Shown: piece after piece, positions 30,001 through 38,242 of the stretch | How positions within the stretch are numbered: the first letter of the stretch is position 1 | Layout: each line of letters starts with the position of its first letter | Assembly (NCBI GenBank): GCA_965248535.1 | Contig: CBDFJR010000005.1 | Location: forward strand, 1,856,001-1,920,000 | DNA from: Phormidesmis sp. | GTDB taxonomy: Bacteria; Cyanobacteriota; Cyanobacteriia; Leptolyngbyales; Leptolyngbyaceae | Direction of reading: 5' to 3' | Length of the DNA: 64,000 nucleotides | The notes under the pieces: model-generated | Told to the model about the DNA's origin: nothing | What the model saw: the letters and a program-made list of their open reading frames with translations, nothing else | Databases searched by the model: none | Translations under genes and position numbers: made by a program

Positions 30001-30324
30001 TGGCAACGCTATCGCGGTTGGATTAATTCGCCCAATGTCACCCCTCATTATGGAGCGGCAGCCGAAATGTTGTTGCTGCAATTGGATATGCTCACCTACC
30101 TTGATCGCTCCACCACTGAACCGACGATCGTCATTGGCGCAGGCGTTCCAAAAGAGTGGCTTAATAAACCCATGAGTGTGAAAGGGCTACCCATTGGCGG
30201 AAGTTTGGTCAACTGGACGTGGGACGGACAGCAAATGGCGGTTCAGATTCGAGGTAAGAAGGTCAACGTTCGGCTGGGGTCAGTCTTTCCATCAGCTACC
30301 TCAACCAAAGTGGAAATCCTCTAA
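27094..30324 (+). CDS. Multi-TM GT-C-like domain fused to a six-hairpin glycosidase-like domain (1076 aa)
   Basis: About 11 TM segments in the first ~420 aa with a KHPLF loop and VPETF; C-terminal helical region with YP...REGAY..VALARAG and PHY..AAEMLL. Confidence 0.6.
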   Translation: MAANLFFRVQSVRHSLTHSCMKWLSQHRVDSSITLVLAIVFAGISYLSAQQIPDPLLTDFYAQDVWFGGDIPTVFGNITSLQSDFGRNNKHPLFPLIAFPLVFGLGKLLHLEPVSAARLVIALVGASWIGSLYILFRLLPCPRLDAVIFSLLGGVSAAATFWFVVPETFSFGSLSILLVLVVVALAQHRKLAPVWYVLAGAFSLSITLTNWMVGLLATIVNHRWKKALQITLVTFLVVNVLWVLQRSIFRNAGYSFSLKTFVGEKKFMSAPESEGVLSAVSSFFYQTIVMPATQVQDSLIRAGWAQLTANTLTPGSGGFWGMLAVVAWTALFILGAWSFLTTKQQPKLRIVVGLALLGQLLIHSVYGRQETFIYSLHFTPLLLTVAAFSSLSRLRWVGLGLAGLLVVSAGINNRSQFNQITAALQTYGTPQQQVQAQMRSRPSDFWPRNLGHVILATPGSRAEDKAYYEPGGSFSPVAGSFGVSIWMVDKDGMPQITSDTIPLNQIQQQFTNLGQQPPGISAKTEFYQASWQATKSGWRLALTTPANSPTRPVLMIRSVGPAGGAVNSLNWNGQRLMVNDRWSLQPIASPVKVHLGSESPGWVTQSSPTAQWQDKWGWGYARLELTPGNTWTIDLTDSAPQIPANAIASKLSPDLALELPDAQFVESINAQTSHLLMGLVGNRTRLGDPLSYPLPRLREGAYEMVALARAGQLDTAKQLSTYFAETDFLNGIQPQADVPALGIWALAAVAEQVSQPDYDRLLWPHIQRKVDLISEMLVTNRPGYPVADKSQIPFAEYPDFLAQDLVGGKMEQTSGLITLDPAASIMSYRALLDAATLADRVNQPSFAQRWRAQAERLQSAWRKGFEPIFAQDPATYANSLWPSWIATADRPVLTQALQQHWNYDANGALRQPVTPAFNLAETHQWLFLGQSDRVWTTLRWWWQHQTSPGLYSWWGETPKPGDVPKSFSHWQRYRGWINSPNVTPHYGAAAEMLLLQLDMLTYLDRSTTEPTIVIGAGVPKEWLNKPMSVKGLPIGGSLVNWTWDGQQMAVQIRGKKVNVRLGSVFPSATSTKVEIL

Positions 30325-30466
30325 GCCTGACCAGTCATGGCAACCAGCCCTCAGTTTGGGGAGATTGTTAGACACTAGGAGCCAGCGATCGCGCCCACCC
30401 TGCCTAACATCTCCTGTCTTGAGCGTAAACTGTAGAGATATAGAATCGCGATCGCGCCCCTCTGTC

Positions 30467-30655
30467 ATGAACCCTAAGCTGCTAAAAATCACGCTCTGCA
30501 CCGCCATATTCTTAACTACCGTCTATGCGTCTGCCGCTTTAGCAGAGGGCGGCGGTGAGGGCGGCGGGAATGTACAAACGCCCGTGCAGGTAATTGTGCA
30601 AATCGCAGTAACGGCTGCTGTTTTAAAAGTGCTCGATCGCTTCAACTTACCCTAA
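30467..30655 (+). CDS. Small secreted/membrane protein (62 aa)
   Basis: Signal peptide ending ALA, EGGGEGGG linker, hydrophobic C-terminal helix. Confidence 0.7.
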   Translation: MNPKLLKITLCTAIFLTTVYASAALAEGGGEGGGNVQTPVQVIVQIAVTAAVLKVLDRFNLP

Positions 30656-30656
30656 A

Positions 30657-32018
30657 TTAAGAGAGTGCTTGACGCGCTCGATCGAGCTTATTTTGCGCCT
30701 CAAATCGGTGTTCTTGCCATCCTAAGCCGATCATACTAGCTACGAAAAGGGTATAGCCTGGCTCTTCTAGCTGCGAAAAAATGAGTCCAAACACAAACAC
30801 AGTCAGCATTAGGTATTTAGATAAATCGATGACACAAATATGCCACCACACGAGAAAGGCTAAATAAAAGTAGGACATCAGACCCAATAGTCCTAAATCT
30901 CCCCAGAGTCCAGCCCACCCGAACAAGGGAGAAAATAAACTGGATTGATCGCCCAACCAACTAGCCCCAACGGCTCTCCAAATTGCCTTACTAGCGGGGT
31001 GCATTGTTGCGCCTAGAGGTTGCAGCAAGCTCCAATAATTTTCTAGCATCCAGCCGCCCAATCGCCCGACCGTATGCCCTGGGCCAAGACCTAGCAGCCA
31101 GCACAAGGGAGATTCAAAATAGGTGGGAACGATGCGGAATGTCGCAAATTTCAGTCGAGTTGCTTCGCCATCGGCTCCGTAAATTTCGGGTCTGATCCAA
31201 ACAGTGTAAGGCTGGAGATACTCAATATTGTAAATTGCCCAGTAGAATGCGCTGAGAACCACCACACCAAGAATGAGATACATCAATGTTTTGCCAATAT
31301 CTTTGACATTGACTAGATAGAGCAAGCCATATCCAACGATGAAGGCGAGCAATACTTGCTTGGTGTCTGAGATGATGATGTGGTTAAAACACGCTAATGC
31401 GATCGCGCCCCGAAACCAGAGCGGCTTTGCTTTAGCCGTCACGAAGTAATAGACAGCAAAGGTGAGGGCAACTGAGCCGCCAATGACGTGCCCGGCTCCC
31501 TGCCCGATAAAAATTCCTTTAACGTTATCCTCTAGTCCAATGAGTTTGTCCATGTGAAACACATACTTTTGCACATAGGCAAACAGCATGTTGATCATGG
31601 CAAATCGCAGAATCCAACTGCGAAAATTTTGAAACCCCTCCTGCGTCATGGGCATACAGACGATGGTCAAGATCAAGATAAATGGTTCTGATAGCAATAA
31701 AAAATCTAGAGCTGCATTAATTACCCCGGCATCATTCAGCAAGGCGCTGGCGATCGTCACGGTCAGCAACAAAAATATACCAATCAACAATTGTCTAGAG
31801 ATAGCAATTTGTTTAGGGTCTTTGCTGCGCGATCGCAACAGCACCGATCCACAGGCTAGGGGAATCGTGACAAAGTGCAAAAAGTTGATGGCCGAAGGAA
31901 TCTTTAGGGCCGTCAAGACTCGCGTGAATAAAGCCGTGCCAACCCCCACTAGGGTTAGAGTCGAGTTTTTGACATACCCCTTTTGCTTAGATGTTGTTGG
32001 TTCTAATGTAGTACTCAT
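30657..32018 (-). CDS. Wzy polymerase / O-antigen ligase-like membrane protein
   Basis: About 11-12 TM; LLGLGPG and WGDLGLLG in the late loop; EPS context. Confidence 0.65.
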   Translation of the reverse strand: MSTTLEPTTSKQKGYVKNSTLTLVGVGTALFTRVLTALKIPSAINFLHFVTIPLACGSVLLRSRSKDPKQIAISRQLLIGIFLLLTVTIASALLNDAGVINAALDFLLLSEPFILILTIVCMPMTQEGFQNFRSWILRFAMINMLFAYVQKYVFHMDKLIGLEDNVKGIFIGQGAGHVIGGSVALTFAVYYFVTAKAKPLWFRGAIALACFNHIIISDTKQVLLAFIVGYGLLYLVNVKDIGKTLMYLILGVVVLSAFYWAIYNIEYLQPYTVWIRPEIYGADGEATRLKFATFRIVPTYFESPLCWLLGLGPGHTVGRLGGWMLENYWSLLQPLGATMHPASKAIWRAVGASWLGDQSSLFSPLFGWAGLWGDLGLLGLMSYFYLAFLVWWHICVIDLSKYLMLTVFVFGLIFSQLEEPGYTLFVASMIGLGWQEHRFEAQNKLDRARQALS

Positions 32019-32063
32019 TGATCGATCTGCTGATAGTACATCTGGTTTATGAACTCTAAATTT

Positions 32064-34142
32064 TTAATAGCCTACATAAAGAGGAATGTGCTTTCCGCTG
32101 CCCATATAGTTTTGCAGGCTGTGAGGGACTAGGTTACGGGTTACCCCATCTCGGATTTCTCGAACGTAGGTTGTGTAGTTGAGTCCGCTACTATAGTTTA
32201 TTTCTGCGAGGCTAATCGAAATTGCAGACTCATTGTTGATGAACATAGGATCGCTTTGTTGTCCACTAGCAGTGGCTGTTGTCGTATAGGCCAATCCGCC
32301 TAAGACTTCTGTTTTTCCGCCCGATCGAGTGTCAATGAGAGTACCGCCTCGCTCTGTCTTTAATCCCAAAATCCACAGGCTGCCCCCGTTATTTGTGATG
32401 TGAGTGCCCTGATTTTCAACATTAAATTGACGTGCCCAGATCTGCTGGTGATTAAACGTCCAGTTAGAAGATGGATTAGAAGACACATCTTCGAGAAAGA
32501 CATCCCCTGTTCCTGTCATGTTACCGGATACATTCAAAGAATGACGAATCACGATCGTCCGTGCCGACGCGTTCTCAAAGGTTGGGTTGGCATAATATCC
32601 GCTCTGTAACCGCTCAAACACCACCACTGAGCTACTGCCAGCGACCAGCTTGAAGCCTGGATTAGTGGGGTTAGAGTCGCTGCCAACCACCACATTGGAC
32701 TCCGTGCCTAGCACCCGGCGCACATTACTGCGGACGAGCACAGTTCCCCGCAAATCATAACCCCCGGCTGGGAAGTAAACCGTAGTGCGTCCAGAGTCGA
32801 TCGCCGCTTGAATGGCTGCGGTGTCATCTTTGCCATCGTTGGGAATGGCTCCATAGGCGACCACATTTGCCCAGGGAGTCGTTGTGGGATCGTCCCAGGG
32901 CACATCGGGCGTTTCTCGAATCGGCAAATTTAGCGTTTTCAAGGGAGAAGAAAACTGGCTGGTGACTCCGCCAGAAACAAATTCGGCGATCGTTGGCCCA
33001 ACCTGCGTGCTGGTGGCGTTGCGAATTGCTGCCTGATAGCCGGAGGTCGTGACATTACGCACTAGCAGATCAAGCGGAAAATCGCTCTGGATGGCGGGTT
33101 TGCGCCTTGCACCGCCCATACCTGTCAGCCGGGAATCGATCAGGGTCATCCGTCCGCCCGCATTGTAAACCGCCGTCACCGTGTTTGTGCTAGTCAAGCC
33201 ACGAATGTTAATCACCTGACCTGCGTTGTAGAACCCATACACACTCTGGTTTTTCAGCGTAATATTTTCAAAAGTTTGGCTGTTGACGGTGTGCCCGGTG
33301 CGAATGCCGTACTGGAATCCCTGAATCGTGACATTTTTGATCAAGAGCGGGCCAATCTCGTCCGTAAAGCTCATGTCCAAGCCGTTGATGCCCTGACCAT
33401 CGCCCGATCGAAGGGTGACATCGCGCACGGTGCCCTGGTTGCTGGCGTTAAACTGGAGGGCGATCGCTCCCTCATTCCCAGTTCCGGTGTCCACTGTCAG
33501 GTTACGAATCGAGTTGCGAAACCGTTGGGCCGGACTAGGGCCGGTAAAGATCACAGCCTTTGGAGAATTTGAGCGGGTGAATCCTGCTGCCTTATTTTTG
33601 AGCTTGACGATCGTCCCCTGTTCGCTTTGCCCTTGCAAAATGATGTTTTTGTAGTCATCCCCTTTGCCCGGAGTTCCCGCGGCCCAACTGAGGCGATCGG
33701 ACACCAGATAAACTCCGTTGGGCAAATAAATAATTCGTCCCCCATTAGGATAGGACTTCAAAGCTGCCTGAATTGCAGCCGTATCGTCTGTGATGCCATC
33801 TCCCTTTGCACCAAACTGGGTCTTGACGTTAACCACGCCAGCATCAGCGGGAAAGACGATGTTCTCTGGTGGGAGTGTAGTTGCCAAACTGATCAGAAAG
33901 CTACTCAACGGTGAGGCAGCCATGAGATTGTCCGTGGTAGCGCTTACCAGGTTGGGCTGAAAGGTCAGGGTATAAGCCCCACTGTCGTCGATCGTCCAAC
34001 TGCCACCAAGGGCCGTAATCTGACAAGCAGCGGTATGGGGTGTGTTATTGCTGCTGTTGTTCATACTCACTAACGCCGTCATCTGGTGGACGTTAGAGCC
34101 TGTCGCCAAGATATCGCTGCTATTCAACATTGCTACATTCAT
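32064..34142 (-). CDS. Pectate-lyase-superfamily (GH28/GH55-like) beta-helix glycanase
   Basis: Two motifs VNVKTQFGAKGDGITDDTAAIQAAL and NVVAYGAIPNDGKDDTAAIQAAID, each followed by Y.P.G.Y. Confidence 0.85.
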   Translation of the reverse strand: MNVAMLNSSDILATGSNVHQMTALVSMNNSSNNTPHTAACQITALGGSWTIDDSGAYTLTFQPNLVSATTDNLMAASPLSSFLISLATTLPPENIVFPADAGVVNVKTQFGAKGDGITDDTAAIQAALKSYPNGGRIIYLPNGVYLVSDRLSWAAGTPGKGDDYKNIILQGQSEQGTIVKLKNKAAGFTRSNSPKAVIFTGPSPAQRFRNSIRNLTVDTGTGNEGAIALQFNASNQGTVRDVTLRSGDGQGINGLDMSFTDEIGPLLIKNVTIQGFQYGIRTGHTVNSQTFENITLKNQSVYGFYNAGQVINIRGLTSTNTVTAVYNAGGRMTLIDSRLTGMGGARRKPAIQSDFPLDLLVRNVTTSGYQAAIRNATSTQVGPTIAEFVSGGVTSQFSSPLKTLNLPIRETPDVPWDDPTTTPWANVVAYGAIPNDGKDDTAAIQAAIDSGRTTVYFPAGGYDLRGTVLVRSNVRRVLGTESNVVVGSDSNPTNPGFKLVAGSSSVVVFERLQSGYYANPTFENASARTIVIRHSLNVSGNMTGTGDVFLEDVSSNPSSNWTFNHQQIWARQFNVENQGTHITNNGGSLWILGLKTERGGTLIDTRSGGKTEVLGGLAYTTTATASGQQSDPMFINNESAISISLAEINYSSGLNYTTYVREIRDGVTRNLVPHSLQNYMGSGKHIPLYVGY

Positions 34143-34382
34143 CGCTATGTTGTACTAGGATTATGGTGAACTCAATGTTAGAGGCGGGAGGAGTTGTTCA
34201 CCCAAGCCAACTTGCTGGGTAACCTCACTTACTAATCAAAGATTACTCTATCTTCAATCATATTCATTTTCTGTGTTCTAGGTAAGCTTGAGTTGCCGAA
34301 TCTAGTTTCAATCCCAGATATCAGTTTTTCGTAAAAAACTCAGAAGACTCGTACCAAATTGCGTTGCCGGAGTACCTCATTA

Positions 34383-35837
34383 CTAAGACTCTTCTCTCCT
34401 ATAAATGTCTAATTCAACAACCTCTTTTTTGTACTGAATAGATAGAGATTTGCCATGTTTATGCCATTTCCCTCCCAATTCAACCTGTAGCAGTGATGAG
34501 TCTTGAGGTCTAACAATTAGAGCTGAAACCTTTTCCTTCTCTTGAGGCGGAATTACTCTAAGGTAAGGTTTGTAAATAACAGTCTTACCTCCTTTCTTGG
34601 CAGCGAAATATGAAATCGGATCGCTGAGAACCCACTCACCAGAGCTAATATTTTCTTGGACAAAAGCTTCAACGCGAAAGTAGTTAGAAGAATTCCAGTT
34701 CAAAACCAGATCGATAAAGTTTAAATAGGGGGAGCTAATGAGAAATAAAACTATAAGAATTCCTAAAATTTGAGAACTCAATCGGCGATCGAGAGTGGTT
34801 TTGAGTAGCTTATCGAAGCTGAAGCAGATGCACACAGCAAGAGGAACAACCACCATCCAGCTATAACCGAACTGAAAGGCACCTGCTAACCGCATTCCGA
34901 GGGGAATCCAGAAAATTGCTGCTAGTCCAAATGAAAGCACTGAAACCCATTTGAACTTCCCTTTGAGAACTTTGTGGATAACTAGTGCGAAACATGAAAT
35001 TACTAAGACTTGAAGAATTCGATTACCAAAAATCCCTCCAATTTTGTCTCTCTGTGAAAAAGCTGAAATCGTGGGATTGTTTATGATTGAGGTTATGAAA
35101 TCATCCCAAACTCCATTAGCAGAGTAGAGAGTATAAGTACACAGAAATCCCACAAATAGTCCAAGAATTATCGCTATAAACTCTTTTAAGAACAACTTCC
35201 GAAGATAAATTAGCAATAAGACGCACAGTACAACTGTATATGCAGATAGCGCTAATCCTCCGAAAGGAAACAAAATACAAACGCCACTGAGAGAGAGATA
35301 ACGGAGCCAAGCTACCTGAACTGAGTATGCAAGTAGAGCCAATAAAGCCAAACTAGCCATCAGGACATCTGGCCGCCCCTGTTCAGCATTATTGGTATAA
35401 CCTAGTTGTAATAGCAGAAGAGTAATTAGAATGAGCCTATTATTTGCCGAGCTTATAAGCCTTAATCTAATTACAGCTTGCCAGAGCATTACTGCACAGG
35501 TCGCTATAAGCACACAATTGAATGAACGCGCTGTATAAATACCAAAACCAAAGAGTTGCATCCATAAATAGAGAAGAAATGAATATAGGGAGGGATAGCC
35601 GGCCCAAAATTTATCTTTTGTTTGAGCAAACCACGCAGACGAAGTGAACCCGTTGCCAAAATATAAATTGGCAGCAGGATCAATGAACATTATCTGATCC
35701 TGCCACGGACTCACGCTTGTCAATCTAAAGACTTGTACAAGACCAATCAATAAGAAGGCAAACAATATGATAACTACGACTACTGTTTCAGAACGGCTTA
35801 CTGTATATTTAGTATCAGGAAAATGTTCGATCTTCAT
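34383..35837 (-). CDS. GT-C fold (ArnT/PMT-like) membrane glycosyltransferase
   Basis: PWQDQ..FIDPAAN first loop, YPSLYSFLL..W..LFG, GRPD; many TM segments; AT-rich. Confidence 0.7.
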   Translation of the reverse strand: MKIEHFPDTKYTVSRSETVVVVIILFAFLLIGLVQVFRLTSVSPWQDQIMFIDPAANLYFGNGFTSSAWFAQTKDKFWAGYPSLYSFLLYLWMQLFGFGIYTARSFNCVLIATCAVMLWQAVIRLRLISSANNRLILITLLLLQLGYTNNAEQGRPDVLMASLALLALLAYSVQVAWLRYLSLSGVCILFPFGGLALSAYTVVLCVLLLIYLRKLFLKEFIAIILGLFVGFLCTYTLYSANGVWDDFITSIINNPTISAFSQRDKIGGIFGNRILQVLVISCFALVIHKVLKGKFKWVSVLSFGLAAIFWIPLGMRLAGAFQFGYSWMVVVPLAVCICFSFDKLLKTTLDRRLSSQILGILIVLFLISSPYLNFIDLVLNWNSSNYFRVEAFVQENISSGEWVLSDPISYFAAKKGGKTVIYKPYLRVIPPQEKEKVSALIVRPQDSSLLQVELGGKWHKHGKSLSIQYKKEVVELDIYRREES

Positions 35838-35950
35838 TGTTTTCCAGGCATGTAAAGCTAAATTTGCTTAGACTTTAAACGTTTAGATACTTATTAGCTC
35901 AGAAGTAATCGATGATTTGCTGCGTGTGTCTACAGTTAGAGAGTTGAAAA

Positions 35951-36988
35951 CTACCAATTATCAACCCGCATATAATTTTTAGGAATGTATCGGCCAACTC
36001 CGGGGTAACGCTCCCGCCAAGTCAGAGGTTGCTGAAGGTGAAGGGGAAGTTGCTGAGTGAGATCGGCAGTTTGCTTGCGAGAGAGGATCGATCGCTCACA
36101 GTAGAAAGGATTTTTTGGGCGCTGGCTGAAATAGTGAAAGAAAATCGCCGAGCGATCGGTCTTCACAGGCGGTTTTCCCCGATGATAGCAGCGGGCCGTA
36201 TCTGTAAAAACCACGGTTCCAGCCTTGCCAATACAGGAGATTAGCCAGTCGTGAAAGTCCGCATTGAGTAATTGTTGTAGCTCCGAGTTAGTCAAGCCTT
36301 TGAATTTGGGAAGTGTGGCAGTCAACCAATCATTAACCGTGGACTTGACCGTCTGAAACGGGCCGCCAAACTCGTCCACATCATTGAGGTATATAGCAAC
36401 CTTAGTCATCCTCCAGTCTTCTTTATCACGATGCCAGATGCGGGGGCCGACATCTCTGCCATCTGCCACGCTGTAGTAAAATGACAAGCCATCGTAGGCA
36501 ACGGGTAGACCCAGATAAGACTCGACAATTTTTAGAAGTCGTTCCGACAATCCCCAGAAAAAAATCTCTGGGCGCGCCATCAACTGAGCCGCTGTTGCCA
36601 TGAGAGTATGTTTGTGATCATGACCCGGCGATCGAGACTGCTGGGCCAGTTCAGTCGTGATCTGTTGGGCAGAGTCTAAAAGCAGTTGGCTATTCGGAAT
36701 ATCTAAGGCTTCTAAGGAGGTGACACAAACGCCCTCTTGCTCAAGTTGCTCCACGATCGCTCGATCGTTTGAGTCTAGCGGTGGTAGCTGATTTTTGTGT
36801 TGATTAAGCTGCTGTTGATATTGGGGCAACAGCACTGATTGCTCAAACCAATCGCTATTATGAGCTTTACAAGCAATATCCGAAGGAAGGCTTAATACCT
36901 TATTCAATACTCGATTGGTGAGGTGATAAAGCGGGTATAGATTGTTGAGCCGCAGGTGCGAAAGTGAATACAAGTAATTGACACGCAT
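35951..36988 (-). CDS. 2OG-Fe(II) oxygenase (PhyH-like)
   Basis: WHRD (HxD), YLNDV..GGPF, GTVVFTDT..CYHRG, distal R (DRSA). Confidence 0.85.
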   Translation of the reverse strand: MRVNYLYSLSHLRLNNLYPLYHLTNRVLNKVLSLPSDIACKAHNSDWFEQSVLLPQYQQQLNQHKNQLPPLDSNDRAIVEQLEQEGVCVTSLEALDIPNSQLLLDSAQQITTELAQQSRSPGHDHKHTLMATAAQLMARPEIFFWGLSERLLKIVESYLGLPVAYDGLSFYYSVADGRDVGPRIWHRDKEDWRMTKVAIYLNDVDEFGGPFQTVKSTVNDWLTATLPKFKGLTNSELQQLLNADFHDWLISCIGKAGTVVFTDTARCYHRGKPPVKTDRSAIFFHYFSQRPKNPFYCERSILSRKQTADLTQQLPLHLQQPLTWRERYPGVGRYIPKNYMRVDNW

Positions 36989-37075
36989 AGTCGTAGATTA
37001 TCTCTCGAAAAAGACCGGATAGCCCTACCTGGTTTAAGCTTTTTAGTCATCTTGAATTAAATCTGTACTCCTGAT

Positions 37076-38242
37076 TTAATGACGACCGATCGCGGTCTGG
37101 TAAATCTCGATTAGCCGTTTGCAATTGTCGGCCGCCGTATACTTCGCCTCAAATTCTGCTCGAACTGTCTGCCGCATCTGGCTTAGTTCTTGGGGATGTT
37201 GTAGAAGCCACTTGATCTGAGTAGCCAAGTCGATCGGGTCGCTAGGACGAAACAGTAGACCTGTGCGCTCATGATCGACGAGTTCAGCGATCGCTCCAAT
37301 GTTTGAAGCCACAACGGGGGTGCCTTTGGCAAAAGCCTCGATCGCCACCCGCCCAAAGGTCTCATACCACTCCGACGGAAACACCAAAAACGCCGCATCG
37401 CCGACAATGCCGTAGACTTCTTCAAATGGTTTGCGTCCCAACCATTCAATCTCCGGCATTTCCTGCATGGCTTCTTTGACTAGACCCGCCATCGGCCCAT
37501 CACCCAAAATTTTGAGAGGAACTTTGCCGTCTAGCTGTCGCCAGGCATCTAGCATCACACCCAAGCCTTTCTCAACCGACAGTCGCCCGACAAACAACCC
37601 ATAGCCGCCCTTACCCTCTCCAGGTTCGGGGGCAGGATGGAGAAAGTTTGTTTTGAAGGCAAACTTTTCGGCGGGTAAGCCGCCCTGGATGAATTTATCC
37701 ATCGCAAACTGGCTGTAGGCAATGAACACATCCACCGCCTGACTCCAGGTGCCCAGCAGGGTGTGAAAGCTGATGGTGGCCGCAACCATCGCACTGGCCG
37801 GGCGACTGCCCCGATAGCAGCCGTGAATCACGCCTGGCAGGGGAATAGGTTGACCCAAGCAGTCTTCACAGACCCGCCCATCGCGGAAAAACAAGGCATT
37901 AGCGCAGAGCAAGCGATAGTTATGCAGGGTTTGCACGACCGGAATCCCTTCATCTTTGGCCGCATAGTAGGCGGCGGGTGAAATCATCGGAAAGGTGTTG
38001 TGAAAATGGGCAATCTGAGGTTTCTCTTGACGAATCAGCGATCGCAGGGACTGATAAACACTGCTGTTCCAGACGGCGTTTTTTGCGACCTGTAGCGGGT
38101 TGGCCCCTTTCAGATCAGCATTATCTAGCGTATAGCGGACAACCTCGTGCCCGTGAGACTCTAGCAAGGCGCTCTCGGTGGCAAAAATTTGTTCCTCGCC
38201 CCCCGGCTGCTGGTAAAAGTTATGAACTGTGAGAATCCGCAT
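37076..38242 (-). CDS. GT4 glycosyltransferase
   Basis: HNFYQQPGGEE, GRLSVEKG, SEWYETFGRVAIEA. Confidence 0.93.
   Translation of the reverse strand: MRILTVHNFYQQPGGEEQIFATESALLESHGHEVVRYTLDNADLKGANPLQVAKNAVWNSSVYQSLRSLIRQEKPQIAHFHNTFPMISPAAYYAAKDEGIPVVQTLHNYRLLCANALFFRDGRVCEDCLGQPIPLPGVIHGCYRGSRPASAMVAATISFHTLLGTWSQAVDVFIAYSQFAMDKFIQGGLPAEKFAFKTNFLHPAPEPGEGKGGYGLFVGRLSVEKGLGVMLDAWRQLDGKVPLKILGDGPMAGLVKEAMQEMPEIEWLGRKPFEEVYGIVGDAAFLVFPSEWYETFGRVAIEAFAKGTPVVASNIGAIAELVDHERTGLLFRPSDPIDLATQIKWLLQHPQELSQMRQTVRAEFEAKYTAADNCKRLIEIYQTAIGRH

Noticed and set aside
30194..30466. N-terminal extension of the 153-aa ORF
   Set aside because: Overlaps the upstream gene; the signal peptide begins at ATG 30467.
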